Shown here: positions 8,337 through 15,672 of the stretch, piece by piece
Layout: the number at the start of each line of letters is the position of its first letter
Numbering within the stretch: position 1 is the first letter of the stretch
From: Planctomycetota bacterium
GTDB taxonomy: Bacteria > Planctomycetota > UBA8108 > UBA1146
Reading direction: 5' to 3'
Assembly: GCA_036338595.1 (NCBI GenBank)
Contig: JAYZBV010000098.1
Span: forward strand, 1-15,672
DNA: 15,672 bases
Made by a program: the position numbers and the translations under genes
Notes under the pieces: generated by a model
Seen by the model: the letters and a program-made list of their open reading frames with translations, nothing else
What the model was told of the DNA's origin: nothing
Databases searched by the model: none

Positions 8337-9205
8337 ATTTGTATTCACTGGCTCTGATAGTGTTGTGTCTGGGCAATCCCACCGCAGGCGATGAACTTCG
8401 TGTGATGACATGGAATGTGCATTACTTCGTTCCGGTGGCGGTGGATGAGCAGGGGAAGACAGTTGCTGCTGCCGGAGGAGCCAGGTCCGTCATCGATGGG
8501 ATCGTCATGGCGGCAATACGGCACGATCTGGATGCCATCGCCTTGCAGGAAGCCACCCCGAGGAAACATGTGATGGAAGCGGCGCGCCGGCTTGGATGGA
8601 ATGTCCGTTGGTTTCGAGGCGGCTGGACAGGCGACGGCTGGAAACAAGGTTTTCCAGGTGCCATCCTGACTCGCCTTCCGATACTCGAGAGCCGAGATCG
8701 TCCAGATCTGGCGCCATACTCGATGGACGATACATTCTCGCGAACTCTGGGCGAGGTCATCGTGATTCACCGAGGAAAGCCGGTGGTATTGATGACTGCT
8801 CACATGCTCCCATCGTGGAAGAACACCACGGAAATCCGATTGCGCGAGATCGCCGCGATCGAGCGAGCATCTCGCAGGCATCTGCAACGAAACCGTTCGG
8901 TGATCGTCATGGGAGATGCCAACCACTCGCCAGATACTCCGGAGTATCTGGCCTGGGGAAAGGCCGGTTTTGTCGATGCATATCTTGCTTCGGGAGGAGA
9001 TCCTGAGGCAGGCCTGACATGTCCCAGTTCTTCACTGACCGAGAGAATCGACTACATCTGGGTGGCTGGTCAACTGGCGAACCAGATCGTGGATTCCCAT
9101 CCGCTGACCGATAGCGAGTTTCATATCGATCGTGACCGTTGGCCAGATTCAGCCCTCAGTGATCATGTTCCTGTGATCTGCATCTTGCGAACCGTGTTGC
9201 GGTAG
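8333..9205 (+). CDS. Endonuclease/exonuclease/phosphatase (EEP, DNase I-like) family protein with a probable signal peptide
   Basis: Full catalytic motif set: LRVMTWNV, IALQE, TAH, VMGDAN, RIDYIW and SDHVPV. The N-terminus is hydrophobic and ends PTAG. Confidence 0.92.
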   Translation: MNLYSLALIVLCLGNPTAGDELRVMTWNVHYFVPVAVDEQGKTVAAAGGARSVIDGIVMAAIRHDLDAIALQEATPRKHVMEAARRLGWNVRWFRGGWTGDGWKQGFPGAILTRLPILESRDRPDLAPYSMDDTFSRTLGEVIVIHRGKPVVLMTAHMLPSWKNTTEIRLREIAAIERASRRHLQRNRSVIVMGDANHSPDTPEYLAWGKAGFVDAYLASGGDPEAGLTCPSSSLTERIDYIWVAGQLANQIVDSHPLTDSEFHIDRDRWPDSALSDHVPVICILRTVLR

Positions 9206-9312
9206 AAACTGCTGTTCGAGGACCTTTTCCATCCTGAGCTCGCCTGAACGGGAATTTGATGCGCTATTTCGTGTCAATTCTACACCAGAGCATCCTACTC
9301 ATCGCTCGTACT

Positions 9313-9338
9313 GGAACCTGATCCCGATCTGAAGCGTT
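9313..9338 (+). promoter_or_regulatory. Putative ECF sigma-factor promoter GGAAC-N17-CGTT
   Basis: ggaac (9313-9317), 17 nt, cgtt (9335-9338). Intergenic, correctly oriented, about 100 nt upstream of the probable kinase start at 9442. Confidence 0.5.
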
Positions 9339-9441
9339 CATGCAGATGGGAAGTGAAGTCAAAGGGTTCCGGCCATCAGCCTTCTGGGGTAGGCCTGTCG
9401 GAAGCGGGACTTCTGCGAGGGGCCAAGCAGGAAGGCGACCG

Positions 9442-12351
9442 ATGAGGGCGAGGGAGAGCACTCCGAATCAATTGACGGGGAAACGGGCCATTCTGGCCTG
9501 GAAGCCCGAGCAACCGGGGGAGGAATTTGAACTCATCCGAAAACGACTGGAAAGAGCCGGGGTCACGGTCGAGGTCGCGATGACGGTCAGCGAAGTAAAA
9601 CAGATCCTGGACAATCATCGAAAAAGCAACACCGTCCCTGATCTTCTCGTATCCCACCTCCATTTCCCTTCAATCAAAGCTGCTGGCCTGAATCGCTGGG
9701 TGAAAAGACGAATATCCAGAGATCATCCCAACAAGTCGGTATCCACTGTCGTCGTCACGCCACATCTCCTGGGAGCAGATCTGACTCAGTTTTGCATCGA
9801 TGTCGATGCGGACCAGATGATCCTCATCGAAGATGTGAAATACGATATTGAATCGGTGGCGATACAAGCGCTGAAGCAAAGCAGCAGACCAAGGATTCAA
9901 CCATCTATCATCGTTCATACGCATCGAGCAGGACTGTTTGATGAGCTTCATGATCTGTTCAGAACTCACCATCAACAAGCCATCCAGTTCGAAGAGAATC
10001 ATATCGCCAACATCACCAAGGTGGGTGGCGTCTTCGTCATCGATGAGCGATTGATCGATGCACTTGGAATCAAGACCGAAAAGCTGGCCAAATACACGGG
10101 CCTGGTGGTTCTTCTGGATGGAGGTCCAGACCATGACGGCCAGGACATCGATGAACGAATTCGTAAATGGTTATTTCAGGGGGCCATCGACTGTTTGCCC
10201 CCATTAGCCTGTGCAACCAAAATTGCCAATCGTTGTCTCAGTGCTCGGCGGAATCGCGCAAGAATCGTTCTTGAAGAGCAGCTAATTACCAACATCGGAA
10301 AATCTGCTATTGAAGAAATCAATAATCCTTACGGGCAACTGTTCGATGGTAGGTTGGATGCTTGTTTGATCCATAATCAAAACAAGGAAATCATCCTCGC
10401 AAACTCCACTGCTGCAGAGTTGTTTGGATACGACCGAGATACCTTGAAGACGATGAAAATTGGCGAACTTCATCCCACTGGAATGACCGATATAAGACAA
10501 AGGGACTACGAGGAGTACCTGAAGCACAAGAAACTCAAGTTCGAAACCGAGTTCGAGAAAGCGAATGGTACAAAATTCGCAGCGGTCGTCAGTGCAAGGT
10601 CTGTAGAAGTTCCAGACTTACCTGGTCAGATCCTCACTCTTTCAGAGATTCGCAGCCTGGAGCATTCGAAATACATCGGAACTACACTGATCAACCTGTT
10701 CAATGCGGATGCGTCCAACATCGATCCGGACATCGATGCAGCGATCGAAGAAATGGGGATGCTCCTCGATGGAATCGAGTCCATCTCGATCTACTGCAAG
10801 GATGATTCAGCAGAAGATGAAACCAAGGTCAATCTCAGACATGCCTGGGCATCGGGAACGCGATCCATCTCAATAGATGGCGAGGATGCTCGCTCCTGTG
10901 GTGTGCCTGAAATCATCCGTTGTTTCGAAAGTGGAAAACCTGAGATCGACACCTCATCCGAGGTAGACCTGAAGGACTGGAAGGAAGCCTGCTACCAGTT
11001 GCGATGTCTGATCGGAAATAAGCGAAAAACTGGACACATTGCCTTTCCTATCAAGTTCAACCAGCGAGTTTCTGGGATCATGGTCGTTGTGATCGACGAG
11101 ATGATGGAATGTAAGGGCAGAGAGTCCGAGTTTCATCGCCAGATGATCACAAGGACCGCTGATCAGGTGGCGTGCATGCTCGCGGCAGCTTTCAATCGAC
11201 GATCCGAATCAAAAAATGCCGAGTACATTTTTCAGGAAGACAAGACACACGCTATCAACAACCTGGCCGAAGGAATCGCGCACGATTACCAGAATCTACT
11301 CACCGCCATCCTCGGTCACACCTCTGCTCTACTGGGCATCAAGGGGCTCCCCTCAGGCGTCAAAAAATCGTTGCTCTGTGTCGAAGAGGCTGCGATCCGA
11401 GGCGCTGGTCTGAGCACCACCATCCGCGATCTATCGAAACCATCGGGAAAGAAGAAAGCATTCCGTCTGCACGATAAGGTCGGTGAGGTGGTTGATCTGC
11501 TGAAGCCGATTCTCGATCCAAAAATCAACATTAAACTTCGTCTCGGTGCTGACTCGGATATCGTTTTTGGGGATTCGGGTCAGGCACACCAGGTTTTCAT
11601 GAACTTGATCTTGAACGCAAGCCAGGCGATGAAGGCGACTTGCCCTGATGGCACCATCACCATCACCTCTGCACTCAGAAGGCGTTCAGGGTACAACCTG
11701 GATAATGGCCAGTTTATTGAACTCTGTATCGAAGATCAGGGCACTGGTGTTGATGAGAAACACCTGATGAAAATCTTTGACCCCTACTTCTCAACAAAAG
11801 ACGCCACTGAAAAGGGAACGGGACTCGGTCTGTGGGTAGTAAAGAAGATACTCAGAAACCATGGGGGAAAAGTGAAAGTAAAATCCACAAATCACGGAGC
11901 AACATTCATCACAGAATGGCCACTCGAAGTTGATCTGGAGTGTTCTCATTCCAGTTCAGAAAAGGAAGTGATACCGGGTGAAGGCCGGGTGTTGCTGGTG
12001 GATGACGATGTGCTGGTCAGAGACACCTGCATGATGCTTCTCAATACAATTGGCTACCAGGTCGAAACGGCGTGTGATGGGGTCGACGCGTACAAACTCT
12101 ACGCAAAAATCTGGGACCAGATCGATTTTGTACTTCTCGATCAAAAGATGCCCCGGATGTCAGGTTCGGAGTGCCTGAAGAAGCTGGTGCTCATCAATCC
12201 CGATGTGAAGGTGATTCTCACCAGTGGCAATCTGATCAAATCGATCGACCCGGACCTTGAGGACAACATCGTCGGTAACTTGCCGAAGCCATACACCATC
12301 CAGGTGCTTTCCGAGGTGATGGAGCAGGCAGCACTGGATCTTGCCACGTGA
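9442..12351 (+). CDS. Cytoplasmic hybrid sensor histidine kinase: 2 pseudo-REC, PAS, GAF-like, HisKA, HATPase_c, REC
   Basis: H-box GIAHDYQNLL (His at 11281), N-box QVFMNLILNASQAM, G1 EDQGTG, F-box IFDPYFSTK, G2 KGTGLGL. The C-terminal REC has VLLVDDD, LLDQKMP, LTSG and LPKPY. PAS motif ANSTAAELFGY...EKANG. No TM segments. Preferred start is ATG 9442 with AGGAAGG upstream; the ORF is open from 9340. Confidence 0.93.
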   Translation: MRARESTPNQLTGKRAILAWKPEQPGEEFELIRKRLERAGVTVEVAMTVSEVKQILDNHRKSNTVPDLLVSHLHFPSIKAAGLNRWVKRRISRDHPNKSVSTVVVTPHLLGADLTQFCIDVDADQMILIEDVKYDIESVAIQALKQSSRPRIQPSIIVHTHRAGLFDELHDLFRTHHQQAIQFEENHIANITKVGGVFVIDERLIDALGIKTEKLAKYTGLVVLLDGGPDHDGQDIDERIRKWLFQGAIDCLPPLACATKIANRCLSARRNRARIVLEEQLITNIGKSAIEEINNPYGQLFDGRLDACLIHNQNKEIILANSTAAELFGYDRDTLKTMKIGELHPTGMTDIRQRDYEEYLKHKKLKFETEFEKANGTKFAAVVSARSVEVPDLPGQILTLSEIRSLEHSKYIGTTLINLFNADASNIDPDIDAAIEEMGMLLDGIESISIYCKDDSAEDETKVNLRHAWASGTRSISIDGEDARSCGVPEIIRCFESGKPEIDTSSEVDLKDWKEACYQLRCLIGNKRKTGHIAFPIKFNQRVSGIMVVVIDEMMECKGRESEFHRQMITRTADQVACMLAAAFNRRSESKNAEYIFQEDKTHAINNLAEGIAHDYQNLLTAILGHTSALLGIKGLPSGVKKSLLCVEEAAIRGAGLSTTIRDLSKPSGKKKAFRLHDKVGEVVDLLKPILDPKINIKLRLGADSDIVFGDSGQAHQVFMNLILNASQAMKATCPDGTITITSALRRRSGYNLDNGQFIELCIEDQGTGVDEKHLMKIFDPYFSTKDATEKGTGLGLWVVKKILRNHGGKVKVKSTNHGATFITEWPLEVDLECSHSSSEKEVIPGEGRVLLVDDDVLVRDTCMMLLNTIGYQVETACDGVDAYKLYAKIWDQIDFVLLDQKMPRMSGSECLKKLVLINPDVKVILTSGNLIKSIDPDLEDNIVGNLPKPYTIQVLSEVMEQAALDLAT

Positions 12352-12411
12352 GTCCAGTACTGGCACAAGTGGCAAGGGATGCGCGCGAAAAACCGCCAGG
12401 AAAGCGGATCC

Positions 12412-12439
12412 TGGGCCTTCTCGGTGCTTGCTAGGCCCA
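12412..12439. terminator. Inverted repeat downstream of the kinase; possible weak terminator
   Basis: TGGGCCT / AGGCCCA 7-bp stem with a 14-nt loop, 60 nt after the stop. No U-tract on the + strand. Confidence 0.25.
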
Positions 12440-12684
12440 AATCCCGTTGTTAGCATCGTTAGTGGGCTTTTCTAGACGAACTATTTGATCAAGAATGCTC
12501 GGGATCTGGTCGCTTGCCGGGAAACCGCAAGGGCCGTGATTTCAGCGCAGCCCCGGGGCAATCCGATCGGATCACCGGAGAAACCTCCTGTGATCGCGGG
12601 GGTTCCTCGGTATGTGCCCGCCAGGTATGTACGAACGCATGGAATACGCCGAGGGAATGGCGCCTTCCGGAAAGGGATCCATCG

Positions 12685-15336
12685 ATGAATGGACTCACGC
12701 AGCGCAGCGGATGGCTGTTGCGCATACACCTGATCGCATTGCTCACCGTGGCAGGGTTACTCCCTGTTTACGGCCAGTCGGTGGTCTCGCCAGCGGCTCC
12801 AGCAGAGGACCAGGTTGCTGCCGCGATGGATGCGATCAGGGCCAATGTTGTGGATCTCGACTTTACCGAGTTCTCCGACGGCGAACTGGTCGTCGAGGTC
12901 GATCTTCCTCGCTTCGGAATTGCCACCCTCAGCCTTTACCCGCATAGTCTGCGAAGTGATCAGTTTCAGCTGCTCGTCGATGACGGCACATCGCTGGAGC
13001 CACACCCGGCACCCCCTGTCAGAACCCGAAAGGGAGAAGTGCTGGAGATCCCCGGATCCAGGGTCCGAGGCAGTTTTCATGACGGCCGGCTGAGCGCCAT
13101 CGTGCTGGCCGGCGATCAGGTCTGGTCGATCTCTCCCACCGTGGATCTGGGTTTTCCAGGCTCCGGTTCCTGGCACGGCATCGTCGAGGCGGTCGATGAA
13201 CTGAATCTTGGATATGAATGCGGAACTCCCGATGTCCCGGTACCTCCCGGTGGTGGCACAGGAGGATCGACACAATCATTTGGAACCACCTACTATCTGA
13301 CTGAAATCGGTATCGATTCCGATTTCGAGTATTACCAGATCAATGGCTCCAACATCAATAACACCGTGGGGGACATCGAGAATGTCATGAACGGTGTCGA
13401 AACGGTGTATGAAGATTCCAGCATCGTCATCTCCTACGAGATCACCGTCATCATCGTCAGAACCACCAGCGCAGATCCTTACGGTTCCATCACATCTCCA
13501 GGACTTCTGCTGAATACATTTGGCAATGTCTGGAGCTCTTCACCAGAAAACCAGATCCAGAGAGATGTGGCCCACTTCTTCACCGGAGTGAACATCGATG
13601 GCGGCACCATCGGCATTGCCAGCCTCTCTGTCATCTGCACCGGCAACGGTTTCGGTCTATCGCAGTCGCGCTTCACCAACAATTACAACCGTCGAGTGGC
13701 ACTGACCGCTCACGAACTGGGACACAACTGGTCGGCGCAGCATTGTGATAGTTCTGGAACCTGCCGCATCATGTGTTCGGGTCTGGGAGGCTGCAGCGGC
13801 ATCAATCCGCTCACCTTCACCACGGGTCCCATCGGTCAGATCGTCAACCACAGAAACTCTCGTAGTTGTCTCTCTAGCCAGGTTCCTGAACTGTCGCTGC
13901 CGTTCATCGATGAGTTCACGACCAGTGCGATCGATTCAGGCCGTTGGACCTACAACGAGGGTGGTCTGGCGACCACCATCGCCAGTGGTGAGCCGAGTTC
14001 GCCCTACTCCCTGAATCTTGATCGATCAGGAACCGGAATCTATCAGTATGACGAGATTCGCACCAACACCATCCTGCTCGGGGGAACGGTGCCGACGCTT
14101 CAGTTCTACAGCAACCACTCCGGAGTCGAAAACGGCGAGGAACTGGTCGTCGAATATCTCAACAGCGCACTCGACTGGACCGAACTGGATCGCATCGTTT
14201 CTGACGGGAGCAACCCGGGCGGATTCAGCGTCCACACCTATTCGCTGCCGGTGAATGCACGCCACAATAACTTCCGCCTGCGTTTCTTCACCGCAACCAA
14301 CGAGACCAACGACGACTGGTACATCGACAATGTTTCGATCACCGATGGTCCTCCACCTCAGCAAGACCCACCCCAGATCATGTCCATCACTCCTCCCAGT
14401 GGGCCGACCACCGGAGGTACCTTCATCACCATCACGGGACAGTTCTTCAGCCCCGACATCCTGGTGCTGTTCGGTGGTTCCATCGTGGACAACCTGACCT
14501 ACATCAGTGCCACTGAACTGATCGGATCTGTTCCCTCATCCAATTCCCCCGGACCGATCTCGGTGATCGCCAGTCAGGCTTCTGGCAGCGATCTGCTCGA
14601 TCCTGGTTTTCTCTACACCGAGGAATTCATCATTCACGATAGCGGCAGCGGAGCTCCTGGAGGCTCGGCCGATGTCACGGTCAGTGCCGATCATGACACC
14701 ATCATCTCTGGCTACTCGCTGGCCATCGATTTCGATCCTGCCGATCTGGTCATCGTCGCGGTGGGTGATAGCGGATCGGTCGCCGATGGCGCCGATTTCT
14801 TCCAGGCGACCCTCAATAACGATGCAGGTGCCAGTGGTGGCTGGTGGACTCTCGGCGTGGTGCTCACCTTCAACGGAACGGTGACGGTTCCGCCGTCAGC
14901 TCAGACGATCCTTTGCACCGCCTCGTACATCGTGCAACCGACCGTTCCCGTGGGAACTCGGATTGTCGTGGGTCCGGTCGATGGCGTCGGTATTCCTCCC
15001 ACCGAGAATCTACTCAGTACGCCGGCCGGGGTGGCAGTGCCACCGCTGCTCGAAGGGGGTCTGATCTCGGTAGGAACCAGTCTGTTCCTGCGTGGAGATG
15101 GCAACGGAGATCTCACCGTCGATGTCGCCGATGCCGTGTTCATCCTGGCTTATCTCTTCAGCAGTGGTCCAGGGGATTGTCTCGATGCCATGGATGTCAA
15201 TGATGACGGCTCCAACAACATCGCCGATGCGATCTCGGCACTCAACTTCCTGTTTGCTGGGGGTGCAGCCCCGCCTCCGCCGTACCCGACGCCGGGATCA
15301 GATCCGACCGCCGATTCGCTCGATTGCAACAACTAG
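12685..15336 (+). CDS. Secreted M12B/reprolysin-like zinc metalloprotease with beta-sandwich, IPT/TIG, cohesin-like and dockerin-like domains
   Basis: ATG 12685 with GAAAGGGA upstream and a signal peptide ending VYG|Q. The propeptide carries a Cys-switch-like ECGT (13219). Catalytic domain: EIGIDSDFEYY, RDVAHFFTG, GTIGIA, HELGHNWSAQH (13711-13743) and Met-turn RIM (13771). Then FRLRF...DWYIDNV sandwich (about 13891-14343), IPT PQIMSITPPSGPTTGGTFITITG (about 14371-14616), cohesin-like region (about 14626-15075) and dockerin-like FLRGDGNGD...DVNDDGSNNIADA (15085-15333). Confidence 0.92.
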   Translation: MNGLTQRSGWLLRIHLIALLTVAGLLPVYGQSVVSPAAPAEDQVAAAMDAIRANVVDLDFTEFSDGELVVEVDLPRFGIATLSLYPHSLRSDQFQLLVDDGTSLEPHPAPPVRTRKGEVLEIPGSRVRGSFHDGRLSAIVLAGDQVWSISPTVDLGFPGSGSWHGIVEAVDELNLGYECGTPDVPVPPGGGTGGSTQSFGTTYYLTEIGIDSDFEYYQINGSNINNTVGDIENVMNGVETVYEDSSIVISYEITVIIVRTTSADPYGSITSPGLLLNTFGNVWSSSPENQIQRDVAHFFTGVNIDGGTIGIASLSVICTGNGFGLSQSRFTNNYNRRVALTAHELGHNWSAQHCDSSGTCRIMCSGLGGCSGINPLTFTTGPIGQIVNHRNSRSCLSSQVPELSLPFIDEFTTSAIDSGRWTYNEGGLATTIASGEPSSPYSLNLDRSGTGIYQYDEIRTNTILLGGTVPTLQFYSNHSGVENGEELVVEYLNSALDWTELDRIVSDGSNPGGFSVHTYSLPVNARHNNFRLRFFTATNETNDDWYIDNVSITDGPPPQQDPPQIMSITPPSGPTTGGTFITITGQFFSPDILVLFGGSIVDNLTYISATELIGSVPSSNSPGPISVIASQASGSDLLDPGFLYTEEFIIHDSGSGAPGGSADVTVSADHDTIISGYSLAIDFDPADLVIVAVGDSGSVADGADFFQATLNNDAGASGGWWTLGVVLTFNGTVTVPPSAQTILCTASYIVQPTVPVGTRIVVGPVDGVGIPPTENLLSTPAGVAVPPLLEGGLISVGTSLFLRGDGNGDLTVDVADAVFILAYLFSSGPGDCLDAMDVNDDGSNNIADAISALNFLFAGGAAPPPPYPTPGSDPTADSLDCNN

Positions 15337-15376
15337 AGAAGTGACGACGGAGACCTGGTTCAGTCGTGCCCCCGGA

Positions 15377-15672
15377 TCACAAGGATCCGAGAGCCTGGAC
15401 CATGTCTCCGTTGCTTTTTTCCAGCGCCTCGCACAGTGCCGCCAGCGTCGCCCCGGCCTGCTGTGCTCTCGCCAGCAGTTGCAGGATCACTCGCAGTCCT
15501 TCCCCCGAGAACTTCTTCGTCAAGCTGCGCCAGGTTCGATCCTGATCGGTGGATAGGCCCAGGCGACCCATCGCCATCTCCAGCTGCCGGATGGCGGCGA
15601 TGGTGTTCTCCACCGGCATGGCGAGAATCGCCGGATCGATGGGGATCGGCGATTCCGAGTGGCTTCTTTCCG
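15377..15672 (-). CDS. 3' end of a hypothetical alpha-helical protein; gene starts beyond the window
   Basis: The frame stays open past the track's Met (15619) to the window edge (ERSHSESPIPIDPAILAMPVEN...). It has GC-rich third codon positions and converges on the protease gene with a 40-nt gap. Confidence 0.6.
   Translation of the reverse strand, partial: ERSHSESPIPIDPAILAMPVENTIAAIRQLEMAMGRLGLSTDQDRTWRSLTKKFSGEGLRVILQLLARAQQAGATLAALCEALEKSNGDMVQALGSL

Noticed and set aside
8333..8370. Lipoprotein signal in the EEP protein (IVLC)
   Set aside because: The residue before Cys is Leu rather than Gly/Ala/Ser, so there is no lipobox.
12361..12385. Possible sigma54 promoter (TGGCAC... / TGGCAAGGGATGCGC)
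   Set aside because: The first has the wrong GG-GC spacing; the second has the spacing but lacks TTGC and lies about 300 nt from the next start.
12514..12684. 57-aa N-terminal extension of the protease and overlapping short ORFs (12481-12746)
   Set aside because: The signal peptide and RBS point to ATG 12685; the region looks like structured non-coding sequence.
1..15672. CRISPR array, tRNA/rRNA, transposase/integrase or defence-system genes
   Set aside because: No regularly spaced repeats, cloverleafs or corresponding protein motifs were seen.

Overview
A GC-rich (about 60%) bacterial chromosomal segment. The paired 'F[IL]RGDxNxD...IADA...LF..G..P.PP[WY]P..G.DP' C-terminal modules suggest an uncultured Planctomycetota-type organism (inference). 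Gene order: a 5'-truncated SGNH/SASA-type esterase fused to a His-rich NHL-like beta-propeller (+); four minus-strand genes (a Rossmann-fold COG5322/acyl-ACP-reductase-like protein, a small 2-TM protein, a DUF3592 membrane protein, and a small secreted Cys-rich protein with a dockerin-like tail); a tightly packed pntA-pntB-small membrane protein-EEP phosphoesterase run (+); a lower-GC, divergent hybrid sensor kinase with two pseudo-receiver domains, preceded by an ECF-type promoter motif; a large secreted M12B/reprolysin-like metalloprotease carrying both a cohesin-like and a dockerin-like module behind a highly structured leader; and the 3' end of a convergent hypothetical gene. I found no rRNA, tRNA, CRISPR array or recognisable mobile element. 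The best leads are a non-cellulosomal cohesin/dockerin protease system, the EEP enzyme coupled to transhydrogenase, the acyl-ACP-reductase-like orphan, and two structured intergenic regions. All domain calls come from motif recognition by eye; no searches were run.
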